A DNA stretch of 64,000 nt from Lingula anatina (taxonomy: Eukaryota; Animalia; Brachiopoda), in NCBI GenBank assembly GCA_051362555.1, contig CM120643.1:1178001-1242000 (forward strand), given 5' to 3'. The position numbers and the translations under genes were made by a program. Below the pieces are notes generated by a model, which saw only the letters and a list, made by a program, of their open reading frames with translations, did not search any database and was not told the DNA's origin. This document shows positions 1-13,700 of the stretch, in pieces. Every line of letters starts with the position of its first letter. The stretch's first letter is position 1.

Positions 1-3000
1 AGCAAAAATGGTTCTAACTTATGGAATTCTAAAAGTTGCAGTACGCGACCCCCAGGGCCAGGTTTAAAAATTACATGAATTTTAACATACCAATACTCTA
101 TCCCAGTTTAATTTAATTTCCGTTCATAATAGCATTTCATTAAGAAATGTACATTTTATCTTTTTAAAATCTGTCATAAACATAACAAATATACATGTAG
201 TATATAGACTGCCAAGGGTCATCAGAGCATAATATATCAGTAATTTCAACAGCTAATTTTTAAGTGACAATAACACTACAATGCGTGTTTTCTATATACA
301 TTTTCATCTTCGGTATTTCTGTTACTTATTTTGTTAGCAGCTAAATGGTACATATTCAACTAGGACTAGTGAAATGACTCCAACACAGCATACAAGGTCT
401 TACATATTTGAATATATAGAAAGGACAAATACTCTGTCTACACAAAGTTGATATCAACTCTCTGTCAGTTTTAAACAGCCCCCCCCCCCCCCCCAAAGAA
501 AAAGCGACCTCATTTTAATCTCACTTGGTATTAAAGATAAGAGCGCACCAACCGACTTTACTGAGGTCAAATAATCTCACATACACATGCAAGAGTGACA
601 TCAACAACACACTGACCATTTCCAAAATTTAAGACAAAATAAGAGAAGTAACATTTGAACACAATGTACCCTACTTTCTTTAAAAAACATTTTAAAAATC
701 TATAAAACTTGATTATCGTATAAAATAAACACATTTACGTATCATAAATCACGTGACAACGTGCTTGTTGCACCGCTTTGAACACAGAGAAGATAAGAAA
801 GTCACTGATCAACACTCCGCCATTTTATCTAACGGATTTCATCTGGCAGGAAACGCACAGGTACTTTATATATTTTCTAATTCAGCATGCATTGTATTTG
901 CTATAATAATGTGTTTGGGTTTTGTTTTTTTTTCAACAGTTATTAAAGTACTGTGATATTTTGAAGTGTATATTCAGCATATCATGCATACCTGTAGGTC
1001 TTTGATCTGAAGAAGCTAATCCTGTAATGGCAATCTTCACAATTACCGGTTGTGCGAATCCAACACACCCCATCTTATTTGGTAGCCTTACATTCTTTGA
1101 GTTTGTTCAGAAACAAGGTAAATCGTCCGCGAATGAAATATTGCGAACACTTGTATATCAGAATGGATTCCCACCGTCCATGCGCACCGTCTCAGTGGGA
1201 CAGAGCGAATAATTCTTGGCACGCTTTCAGATGGGCACGTCGTATTTAATACGAAGACAAGTTAGTTTGCAGATCAACTGGTTGTGAACGAGGCCCAAGT
1301 TGATATGTGGAGTATTTGATATGAGGATCAAATATATTAGAAAGAGAATGAAATATTTTTATAGCTCTGACCCTGCTGTAACAGCCTGCGTGGTAGGCAG
1401 CGATAACACACCAAGTTTTCAAGTGGGTGGCGCCATATTTGATCCGTAACTCAATTCGCCAATCAACTCGGTTATAAACAGAGGCCTTGTATGTCCTTTT
1501 AATATTCCTCTTTCAGTAAGCGTTGAATTATCGACATCTGCATGTTAGTATATTCTTCATACTTCTCCACTTTGAGTTCAGCAGTTACTGTTATATTGCT
1601 TTATTATTATATTTACTATTTTTTAATCATATAATTCAATAAATGTGGGTCGACATTTTGGTACCAATTCTCTAGGAAAGCATACTGGGTATGTCCATGC
1701 ATCAGTCAGGATCTTCAACAATGATATTAAAGTATTTCATGTTTTCACACAGTACATAGCAACCATTGATAAAGATATAGACAACTACATACAGCTGATA
1801 AACCAACCTCATTTTAAGCTCACTTGACATTAAATATTAGAACGCGCCAACTGACCTTACTGTAGTCACGGACACACATAAGTAAGAAAGCCATCAACAA
1901 CGCACTCATTTTTTCACAGTTCGAAACGGATAGAAGACCTCTTCATATAGTTTTATTTCATTAAGATATAAAAAATAGTATTTAAATTTCATTCGGTCAT
2001 GAACAAAAAAGGTTTGCATATCATAAATACGTACATGTGCTTAACATTATTGTAGCGGTTTTCCCTCCGTCTAAATTTAACAGGTAGCGTCGTCTGGCTA
2101 TTTAAGGGGGGGGGGGGGGAACGCCCGTTGAAGAAACGTGCCAGTTGTTGTTTGTGCAGCCTGGCCACAATACAAGGAACATAAGTCAATATGTGCGAGA
2201 CAGTAAAATACGTTTATGCCGACTGAGTTATACATGTATGCCCTCTTTAAGTGTTTGGAATCAAATCTAGCGTGGTATCATTTTATGGTACCATTTTATC
2301 TGCCCCACGGTCATGATTACAAATCTTTTTTTTTCATGTGGTTATCGGACAATACAGTTTTTACGCACATTGGGTGAATGTTCCATTCATTTGGGCAAAG
2401 AATTACAATCTGGCATTACACGGCATCAGCAATAACTAAGCGAATGCTTACGTTTCAGAGCAAAATGATTGCTTGGTTTCAGTACGTAAAAAGGTGCTAA
2501 TTGATATACAATTGCATGCATAAAAGTAAAAATTCTGAATAAGGGATGCATGATCTAACAGGGAGCCAGTGTAACTCTCTTAAAGCTCTTGTTATATGAT
2601 TTTACCTGGGTGTGCAGTTTAGAGGGTGCACTGACGTATTCTGAATACACTGCATTTTTCCTTTAAATTCCATTTTACCACCAAGGCAGTGCATATATCG
2701 AAATTATTCTGGAATCTGTGCTTGCAGTCGGATTACGTGGCTTCCAAATATGGCTATAATTTCTGTTATCTTACGAGATATTTCAGAGGTTTCTTAAAAA
2801 ATTAAAGATAATAGAGACTAACTTTGAATGTCGGAACGGATTCATTAACCGTTGGTAAGTATGGGAAAATTATCGTTTTTTATATTAAATGTAAACAACA
2901 CAAATTATAATGAAATCATGAGTGTAAATAAAGGTTCAATGAGGTGAAGGTGAGCATAAGGCATTTTATGTTAGATAAGAAATATAATGTTACTGTCGTC

Positions 3001-3189
3001 GACATCCTGTTTCACTTCAGGATTGGACACTGTTAACCTCCAGACTTCGTAATTAATTTTAATGGCGTCGCTTGCTTGTGCACTCGACTCGTTGCATGAC
3101 CTTACGTGTAATTATTGCAAGTGGACGTGTGCAATTTGAGTAATAAAAATTGTACCGTGCCGCAACGTACATTAGTGCAGCATTGAATC

Positions 3190-3327
3190 TACCCTCTACC
3201 AGGGCGACAGAATGATTTTCAACAGATATTCACAGATATGTATCTAGATAAATAGACAGTCATTTTGGTCTAATGTCGCTTCAGCCAAAAATGTCCACAA
3301 TAATAACTGTGGCCCTGGTAGAGGGTA
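3190..3327. mobile_element. 138-bp MITE with 9-bp TSD (Mutator-like)
   Basis: TIR TACCCTCTACCAGGGC...GCCCTGGTAGAGGGTA, flanked by direct repeat CATTGAATC (3181-3189, 3328-3336). Degenerate relatives lie near 30681-30818 and 36761-36898. Confidence 0.8.
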
Positions 3328-3815
3328 CATTGAATCCACATAAGGTAAGAAATTTGGGGAAAAAAAGACGTTCAGAAGTAATATCCAAGAGATCAGATTA
3401 AGGGAAAACGGTTGGGAGAGCTAAGAAGACTGATGCAAGTTAGGGAAAGCTTCCGAAGTTGGTGACTTCTCGTAAATCATGCAGTTAGCGAGCGTCACAA
3501 ACCAAACCGATTTAACTGGTCATAATCTATCCGTAAAAAGTTAGCATTACATATATAAAAAATGTTTCATTACACAAGCTCTAGATAGACGTACATGTCG
3601 TGATGAACAAAAGTTCTATTTAGAAGCATGTAACCTGTTTCATTCCTGTAAAATCTGACAATAATTAGTTCTGCGAGTAAAACCTTTCACGCCTCAATAG
3701 TTTTAATCATGTTTTATTTCAACAATACCTTACACGGTGTATTTTATAGTATCAATAAAATTGCTATTTTCACTATTACATATTTATATCAATTTTTTAA
3801 TGATTAGTGTACATA

Positions 3816-4020
3816 CACACAATGGACAATAGAAATGTCACCCATACTGAACCAATACTTTGGGGGAGCTTAATGACTGTGGAATGATATGCACCTGGCA
3901 TCATTTTATTAACATCAAATTCCACAAAAAGACCAACAATACAATATTCCATGGTACAGCGGTTTTATGCTCATTAATCACATTATAAGTAGACCAGGCA
4001 TTACAGCTTTGATTACTCTG
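3816..4020. mobile_element. Internally deleted non-autonomous derivative of the Tc1 element at 47074-48458
   Basis: TA|CACACAATGGACAATAGAA matches 47074-47188 and is joined directly to sequence matching ~48318-48390. Confidence 0.8.
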
Positions 4021-4168
4021 ATTCAATGTCTGTATATCAAGAAACTCAAAGGTAAATAGATAAGTTACAGTTGTTTTGGGTTTTAAGTTTGGGGAATGTT
4101 TAAAATGTTAAAACTATTAATAAAATACTTGGATTCCATATTTTCCTCATTTTCACAGGAGAAGGACC

Positions 4169-4751
4169 ATGGCAACAGCACAGATATTTCCATTTGAAAT
4201 ACCACGGAATGAAAAAGAAAATTATTTCCGCATGCACCTGCTCTTAGAGCATGCAACGGACGTGCTTCGAGATGTTCTCAGGACTCAGCTAAAAGCAGCT
4301 TATCCGGGACTGTTTGATCCCAGTAAAACTGACAAACTTTTTGACGTACTTGACAATCTACAAGTCAAACATACCTTACTGCTATTGAAAAATAGAAAGG
4401 TAAGAAACTCGAGTCAAATGAAACTCCTGTACCCCTCTGGCACCCCTTCAACAACTGTGACAACACAGGACTTAGATATTACACTTGCAGTTGTTTTATT
4501 AAGAAACATCACCAATCTGAACCCTCATGCTAAATGGGATAACCCACCAGCTACCGACACCTCCATAGAGGCCAACATTGGGAGAGTGAAGACCTACCGC
4601 AATCAGCACTCACATGGACAGCGTCTTGGCATCACTGACACAGCATTTCAGGCAGAGTTTAATGCTCTCAAGCAAGTCCTGCTGTCACTGTCCCCAATAT
4701 ATACCAGTGATGATTACGACAAGCTTCTTATTGTGCCCCTGGATGCTAAAG
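4169..4751 (+). CDS. Exon: DZIP3/hRUL138-type HEPN domain
   Basis: ENYFRMHLLL...DLDITLAVVLLRN...DTSIEANIGRVKTYRNQHSH, with RxxxxH at 4598-4615. Acceptor TTTCACAG ends at 4158. Phase-1 donor G|GTAATC at 4752. Confidence 0.85.
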
Positions 4752-7700
4752 GTAATCGAGCTTTGTAAAACAGCGTTTGGCGAGTAACAATAAAATATAA
4801 GAGTCAAAGGTAATTGATTTATAATGGTCAACATCAGCGTATACACACGTAATAATATTGGTTTGCAATTTGAAAAATTGTATTTTACCTAATTTTCTTT
4901 TACCCCTTTTCTTAATATTATGCTTTAGTGAGCACATAGTGTTTATACACTGTAGTGCATTTTTGTTGGTCCGCCGTGAAGATATTTCTTAGAAAGAAAT
5001 GTAAGCGTTTGTGATATTTTGAAGCTCTAGGTAGAACAACATAATTTAGTTTGCTTTACATGTTCGCCACCAAGTGCGTCATTTTTTTTTCGTTTGTCTG
5101 TCTGTCTGTTAGCAACATCATGCACATTGTGGACTGCTTTTGATGAACTTTTGACAAACTGTTGGCAGTGGACCAAGTAACTAAATTACATATTGCTTGT
5201 GAACTTTTTGTTTATTAATTGGTTAGTTTTAATTACAAATTGAGAGGTGAGCTGCATTGGCTATCTATGCTCCTTCGGTTCGTTTTTAGTTTTTATTGAC
5301 ATCTTTTTATTGTGTAATTTTCTATCAACTATAAATAATTATGTGAATTGTAGCATGTTTGTTATGATTGTGTTTATGGCATTCATTTAATATTTCCAGT
5401 TGCCCCATGCCAGCTCTTCTCTGTACATCTACCAAGAAAACTTCCTGACCTTAAAGGCCGCGAAGAATTGGTACAACTAATACAGCAGTATATTGCAGGT
5501 GAAACCCGACTTGTTCTTCTAACGGGGATGGGGGGCATTGGTAAGACATCGGTGGCTATCGAGGTCGGACATCGCGAGGAAAATGCACTGTACATTGATA
5601 TGAGACAAATCACCGACCTTGAAACTATCAAGTTATCTCTAGCCCAGCACTACCACCCAACACGACCCCTGATAGATTTATACAGTGATTATCAAAATAT
5701 ACTCATACAAACTTTGTCTAGTTTAACTTCAGACACTGTTATCATTTTTGATAACAACGATGAGGTTATTAAGTCAAAATGGCAGGACTTTCACAGCTTG
5801 CTTCAGAATATTTTAAATTCATCAAAGCATATTACTTTGTTGTGTACCAGCCGTGAATCATTCAGCCTCAGGTCGCATACCACGACTGTCATAATCGTAT
5901 CTCCCCTTGGTAAGGCACCCTCCATTGATATCCTTTGGGAAGGAAAAACCGCCAGTCCCACTGTCAGTGAATCAATAGCCCTAGGTGAAATAGCAGAGAA
6001 GTGTGGGGGAAATCCACTCATACTGAAATTATCATCAGCTCAACTCAAGCAAAAAACTGCACAAGAAGTATTGGATAGGATGAACAAAAATAGCATTGAA
6101 GGCTGGGGTAAGTACGCAGAAGCAGCAACATATTATAAGAAATCTCTGGAAATCCAGAAATAAATTTTTGGTAAAAAGACCCGGTGTGAGGGGAAGGGGA
6201 TGGATGTCAGCCATAATATTGCAACGTGTGGTAATATCACATGTGAATGGAGTGCACTACGTTATTGGGTGAACAAAATTATTTTTATGTCGACAGGTTG
6301 CTGCAGGAATAAATACAACAACATCCAAGGCATTTACTGGGACAGGGGTGAGAAATTTCTTTTTTGGGTTTTTGGTTTTCCTTGATTGCACAGAGGGGAG
6401 TTCACTGCCGGTGTGACAGGAATAGAAGTCTAGGTTCCAAGTGATTTTTTACTGGTTTTCTTTGCTCTGCCGGTGCGTTGTGTTAACTTGCCAACAGTGG
6501 TGTAATTTATTCACCCATGTGTGCTCATACATGTAAATTACAATGTATATATAAAACACTTGCATGTGTCAATCGACATGGTAATTTAGTGATTTGCAGG
6601 GCTACCACGACTGACAATTATGTACAGAGTTACTACTTAATTGGGAATATTATTTTTTACCAAGTAAATTTTCTACAAAATATTTATTTTTTCTCTTACT
6701 TTTTTTTAAAAATCCAAAACTGAGGTGTCACTCCATGTGTAGCCAAGTGTGTTACCTAATTACTGCACAACTCACGAAACAATTAATGCATTCAGTTGCA
6801 TGTTCTGTGGTCAGAAATGTGAGGGGTGGTCTTTTTGGCAATTTCTGCCCTTGAATAAAAACGCATGGGTTTGGTGATGAGGCCAGATATGGACGGTAGA
6901 TTCCGTGTCTGCCGAAGTGTACGAGAGGCATAAAACGAAGATTGTGCACTGCCTAGGATGGAAGCAGGGGGTGGTAACGTCTCTGTTTGGGGAGCATATC
7001 ATGTCGGTGCCCAGGACCAGTTGTTTTTTCTAGGAGGCAACCTTAACCAGGATTCTTACAGAGACATTCTACAGAAAACAATGCTTCGATTGGTAAGAGT
7101 CATCTTCAGGAACAAATTTGTATACCAAGACGACTGCGCAACCACATCGAGCTCGCAAAATCACTATTTTTCTTCAAAACCAATGGGTTCAGCAACTGCC
7201 CTGGCCTGCAAACTCTCCCGATTTGAATCCAATTGAAAAACTTTGGGCAAAAGTAACTCACAGATTTAATAGCTATGGTCATCGGTCGGTAAATAGTGAT
7301 GAACTGCGACAGGCAAATATCACTGCGTGGAATTATATCCCCATCCAAACTCTAAAAAACGTGGCACAGGGTATGCCATGTAGGATGAGGGCGCTGCAAG
7401 CGGCTGCTGGAGGTCATACCCGTAATTACTGACTTTTCATGATTAACTGTAGTGAATTCTTTGACTGTGTAACATATCACTTTCTTTAATATCTTAACTT
7501 AAAGTTAATATTGACATCAAGCTGATGACATGGTTTTCTGGGGGTGTTCCTTTCTTTTGAATGGCATCTTATGTCAGATGTGATATTATTGACCAAAATT
7601 TCTCACAACAGAAGACTGGATGTTTTTATCACTCAGTGACATACTTTTTTTGATGAATCAAGCCAAAGAATATTTAATCAGCACTCAAAAATAACAATGA

Positions 7701-10700
7701 TAAAAAATATTCCATATTAAGTAGTAACCCTGTATGTCAACAAAATTTGGAGCTCATGACTGAATTGATAAGCTACCTCAGATAGTCGTTGAGTCTACGA
7801 TTGGATGCTAAACTCCAAGTTACATAATTTTACACGCCCCTTTTCAACCTGTATAATTACAGCATATAGCTATTGATACTTCAATTAACTCATTTTGATA
7901 CCCGTCCCTGTCGTCCTGTGTAAATGTGAATGAAAATTATGTTCGACAGCAATATATGTCCTACAGCTGGGATGTCCTGGTGGGACAGTAGATCTAAAGC
8001 CCCCGTCACACTGCGCTTGCAACCTTTTGGCAACCTCTTTGCAACCTTAGTCGCAAGGAGGCTGCCTTAGGTTTAAAAGTGGTCGCATAAGGCTGCTAAC
8101 AGGTCGCCTGCGATCGTTGACATACGAAGGCCATTTTTGTGTACCGACAACCAGTGCGACTAACTATGAAAAGGCGCTCAGAGCTAATATTTCATTTCTG
8201 CACTGCCAGACCAGGTCCCTGCTTCAACCCCTTAGTGCTGATTGCCAAGCGGGGAGACCGCAGGTATCGTTTATAAAGGGCTGGTATGGCCCCGGACGGG
8301 CTTGAACCCGCGTCCTCCTGCTCCGGAGGCGGACACTCTAACCACGGTTGGTCGTAAAGCCTAGGTCCCAACTACGTTTTGGGCGCACGGTTTTTATGTA
8401 CCTTGCATCCGGCTAAGACGTAGCTAGATCGCACGTAACGTCTGTTAATCATGTCGAAAAGTTACTACGTGCTGTTGCCTGTAGCAGTGTCATAAATTAC
8501 CGGTATATTGAAACTGAGGGTCCAGTCCGTGTAACACAAAGTCCGCACTCCATATAGTTATAACATTAAGGTTTAGTCTGATCATAGTGGATCAAAATCT
8601 AGGAAAAAGCTCACCTGTTCAAATGAATGGGAAGCGGACTCTCTGATATGGGGGACTCTTTGTCACGTTACACCTGTTCTGTTTATTACCAGATTTTAGA
8701 GCAAAGTTTGACCGCTTATGTGCCAGTGGTGCAGTCCCAGTTTACAGACAGCGAGTAGCTATTGTTGGTCCCTACGGTGTGGGGAAGACTCATCTCGTCA
8801 AGCGCCTCCTTCAAGAGGAATATGACGAAGAAACAGACGCATATACACCTGGTGTGAAGATATACCGCCATAGGTGCATCGTCCATAAAGACGGCCGATC
8901 TTGTTGGGTCAGAGGGAAAGGTAATGAGACTTAGAAAACATATTTGACACTAGGGTATTTGGGAAGGAAAGAACAGAATGGAGCAAAATTAGGGGCGCTG
9001 TACTTTTCCATAAGCTCTAAAGTGGTTAAGATTTTTCCACCACGTTGGGCTGGAAGACGAGGGGGGTACCATCAGTGCATATTCATGTATGGCTATCAAC
9101 AACTTTGCTGAAAAAGTGCTCGTTCAAAAGCTTTGTGGGTTTCTTGTCAATATTCAGACACCTGCGATCGTGACAGTTTCATTTTCCAAGATTCTTCGTA
9201 TTTTTGTAAACCTTCGTCTGGTATATTTTTCAAACCAGGCTCTAGGCCCTATGGCCCCTATAAGTCACACAGCTCCATAACCTGATGCATCTTGGGTTAG
9301 AAAATATCATGTCAATATCAATGTTCTTTTCACAATCCTCAGATGACCCAGAAGATCATCTGGTGCAACACATGGTAATTGGAATCCAGAATCCAGACGC
9401 ATTCCGCCGGGTAGACCAAGTGGACGAAGAGCCACCAGTGAAATCCCGAAAGGTGGAGAAGGTTATTTATAGCAACACTCGGGAGTCAGAAACAGGTACA
9501 TGTTCCTCACTTACGGTTTTTTTGATAGAACAGAAACAAATTATATTTCTTTACTTTCCATCCATTTCGTAAGAGTTCACTTAATATCGTAATATCTGGG
9601 GAATGTATGAAACAGTATTCTTTGGTATAAGACAGTGTGAAATATGTTACGGACAATGAACTATTTCATTGTCACCACTCTTTCAGCAATCAATGGGAGC
9701 ATTCACATCGAGATGAGTCAAGGCCTAATAAGGCCGCTACCTAAATATGGCGGACCTACATGTAAGGAAAACCGCTTAATCCTGTAATGGTCTCCCCGCC
9801 TCTCACTCGGCTCCCCCACGCATCGTCCCTCGACAGGTTGAATTGAGCCGAGATTTAATTAGTGAGCCCCTTCAGGGACGACGCGCGGAAAGGCGTGTGA
9901 GAGATAGAGAGACCATTAACGATTTAAGCGGTTTCCCTTTCATGTAGCTCCGCCATATTAGGTAGCGACCTTACTAGACCTCGGCTCTTCTCGATGTGAA
10001 TGCTCCCAATGTTACCTAACTTAAATATACCTTAAACCACGCTCATAAGACCCTTCCAAATTAATCGTATTTATAGCAGAGACGGCCAGTTTCAAAATTT
10101 TCCATCCGGACCTTGTGCAAAAAATAAAGTCAGTTGCTCGTGGAGAACCTGTGGATCCTGAGAAACAGATTACAATTTGGGATTTTGGTGGCCAAGATGT
10201 CTATTACACCACTCACCAGACTTTCCTCTCAGAGCAAAACATCTACTTGTTGGTGTTCCGACTTGATGTAAACCTCGATACCAAAATCCCGGTATACAGA
10301 GGAGAGAAGACGGTGAAAGGTATGATGAAGATTACATTTAGATGCATTTTTTAGGTAACTGTGAAAGCCCATGTTAGATGTTTTATCTGTAAGCACTAAT
10401 ACAAGTGCAATTATCCTTTTGTTTGAATTGGAAACGACGACCGTTCCGTTGTTTGCGCCTTCTGTTAATAATCAACAGAACTGGCCGTGTTATTTTTGTT
10501 GGGGAAATAAATAAACAGTCTTCTTTACCTTAATAAACAGTCTTCTTTACCTTAATGTTTCTTTTACATTTTTCAGAGTTCATAGTGTATTGGTTGAACT
10601 CTATCCATATGCACACAGTTAGAAAATCAAAAGAAAAGAAGAGCGTCATCCCACACGTTTTGATTATTGGAACTCATAAGGACAAATTGGCTTCAGAGGT

Positions 10701-13700
10701 AATAAATATGTTTTTTTATTCAATTGTTCGATTTGTTTTATACCATACGTCCCACCCGTACCACTGCACTCTTCATATTACAAGGCATTGCGAGTCATTT
10801 AGACTTTTGGAGTGTACACCTTGTATTTGCCCTAAGTATCAGAGCTTGTTCACTATTCATATATTTTCATGGGGTAGCTTTACAGTCTTCCCTGAAGAAC
10901 ACCGGTAATCTGGAGTATTGTCAATCTAAGGAACTGCTCCGCAGTGAATCTGCAAATGAATGTCATTAGTCCAAAATCCAACGTTTAGCATATTTAATTT
11001 TCCTAATTAATAAAGATATGAATTGAAAAATAAATAATATCTGTAACAGACAGACTCTCTTTGTGGTATAAAAAGCCTTTATTGATATAACTAAAATTTC
11101 ACCCTGACATAAACGGTGTCATATAATTAGATACAATGACATTAAACAAAGCCGACTTTCCATTCTTCTGTCCCATCCCTGCGTTATATACTTCATCTCG
11201 TCTAATAGGGCCATTAAGCTGAATTTCGTATGAAGAGTTCCTCTAATTTAACCCCTCATCGTTTTCCGCGGCGATTACCGAATTTAAGAATTTATCATAG
11301 AAGCTGTCGGGTGAAACATTATTAAAGAGTTTCTGGTAGTCTCTTTGCCATCTTGCAAGCACTTGCCTTTTATCAGTTATTATTTTCTTGTCATCAACAA
11401 CTTCCCAGGTACCGTGTTGCACCTCTTTATATCCAACTTTCCTATTTGTTTCTAGAACTCGCAATAATTCTGTTTACTTTCAGCGCAGGGCTTATCCTTT
11501 TGGTGTTTATGCGAATAGCTTTTTAACTTTCGATCGAAAGATCTTTGATCACATTTTTTTTTTTTTTTGTTTTAACCTTCGTAGTTACATTTTTATATCT
11601 GATCCACTCTCTGTGATCTGTTGGATTAGTTTATTATTGAACTCCCGACCTTGGTCTGACAGCATTGTCTGTGGGAACCCAAAACTTAAAACGAAAAACA
11701 TTAAGATTTATATATGGTTCATAAACAATGAAATGAATGTATAAGTATAAATACACTTGTAGAAATAAGTATATGACTGGCGTTCTCAATTATTTTGTCA
11801 TTTAAAACTTAAAACCCATAATCATTGGATTTGTAGTAGTATTAATAGGCAGTAAGTAAATCATACAAAGTTCAGATATTTTTCAAGTATGGTATTTAAT
11901 GTTTAAAAGCATGTTTCATGTGCCAAATTTAAAACTACACCAAAAACAAATCAAGCAAAAAATTTGCAACACCAGTTGCCTCTTTAGATTGCAATGCTGG
12001 AGGTGTGCCATCTTTGAATAGTAACAAACCACAGTGCAGATGTACACATCGTTATTGGTGGTCTCCTTAAGCGGGCCAATCAAATCTATTCCAATCTGAA
12101 TAAAATAAATATAATGATAGTGTACGAAATCTATTTATTATACAAGTAAGTAAAGTTTTCGTGAATATTGATGAAATTCAAAAATACTTTTATTTATAAA
12201 AAAATAAATATAAGAAAATGTGCTAGTGTGCTTTCTTGACAAACAAGCCTCGAGCATGAAATATGTGAGTGCTATCTGCATGGGTAATAACAATGTAAGG
12301 AACAAATACCCCTGTATTTCTTACCATATTCCAGGCTTCTGGCGTTGTGACTGGTATTGGTTGAAGAGGTGGGTCAGATTGTTTATTTTTGTGTGTTGCC
12401 TTCTGGCAAATTGCGCAGCAGGCTATGAATTTTCTAACATCCTCGGCCATATTACGCCAGTAGTACTTTTTCTGAAGCTTATCAAGAGTTTTATCCCGCC
12501 CTAGATGTCTGACAATAACAGTACATTACGTATTATTAAAGTTGTTGTTAACAAACATCATAGTGTTACAATTATTATATAAATATATATTATGGTATGT
12601 AAATAACGTTTCTTAACACAACACGTGCGCACGCACTGTTGCTCACATGAAGATACGCCCGCACAAATATGCATACCTATGACCGAGGAGTGCATGTTAG
12701 CCACAGTGTCCTTGATTTCTTCCTGGTTTGTCATAACTTTTCTCCATGATATTTCAGTTAACATTGAAGAGGTGCCTTCACCCCCTGATTCATCATTGGT
12801 TTCAACATTTTGTTTGGGTTTTTATTCTGAACTTATTAGAAATGTTCTCCTCTTTCGAGCTAAAAAAAAGATAATTCATAAATAAAGATAACATTTCCAA
12901 ACGCATATCAAGCATTGAAAACAGCAATTAACATTTTGCTAAACCAAATAATATGCGTACTGAAAGTATATATCCACTAATTATATTTGCTAGAGCATGC
13001 TTCCTAATGTCTGTAGGCCGCCGACGTGGATTAGAAGTGACAATGGTTTTGTGGACATGCTTTACTAGTAATAAAAGTCCCACGCACATGCTGTCCTGGT
13101 AGTAAAAGTCCGTGGGCATGCTGTCCTGGTAATAAAAGTATTTTTGGGGTATACAACTTAATACTTATAAAGCTTTAAGGTTAATATGAATTTTAAGAAA
13201 ATGATTTACCTTGTAGTTGTCGTTACTGGCTCTTCTAATTACCCCTTTTTCTTTGAGTGAAGCTTCTGGGGGATATTTATTTTCCCTGAGATATGTCAAA
13301 ATTGTTTGAATATCTAGCTTCGTGCATCTCTTCGCAGCTACTGCGTGGGGGTCACGCACGTGCGACGCATTCCCAATGTGCTGTCCACTTTGTTCTTTAG
13401 TTCAGAGGGCTGGTGCCTTACTCAACACGCAAATGGCATTTGCTTCTTCATTGCTTGCGACGTGCGTCTTGCACTACGCGCGTCTCTCTTGCTAACTCCG
13501 GGCGAGGGGAGCAAGTTACGCTTGCGGCCTCGCTGTTCGCAGACTATTCGTAGAATCTTTTCGACATGTCCAACATCCTCCGTACGTGCTTACGGGCTGT
13601 CGGCTAGCTCGAAATTGCGTAAAGACTTGTGTGGGACGTGAGATTCTGCGCAAAATCTGGACGCAAACAGCCCGTAAGAGCCCGAGGCTTATGATATGCT

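Noticed and set aside
753-2189. Short ORFs of 60-67 aa in the track (and similar ones elsewhere)
   Set aside because: They have no motifs, many use non-ATG starts that are irrelevant in a eukaryote, and many are antisense shadows of real coding or transposon sequence.
2855-2860. GTAAGT donor as candidate 5' UTR exon end of the fusion gene
   Set aside because: It lies in a dispersed repeat found inverted at ~43470-43625. The true first exon cannot be assigned from sequence.
3443-3454. GGGAAAGCTTCC kappaB-like site upstream of the HEPN exon
   Set aside because: The spacing does not fit the 10-bp consensus, and such short matches are expected by chance.
10740-10990. CTGAAGA as a possible hammerhead ribozyme core
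   Set aside because: No stem II followed by GAAA was found. The region looks more like a decayed LINE 3' end.
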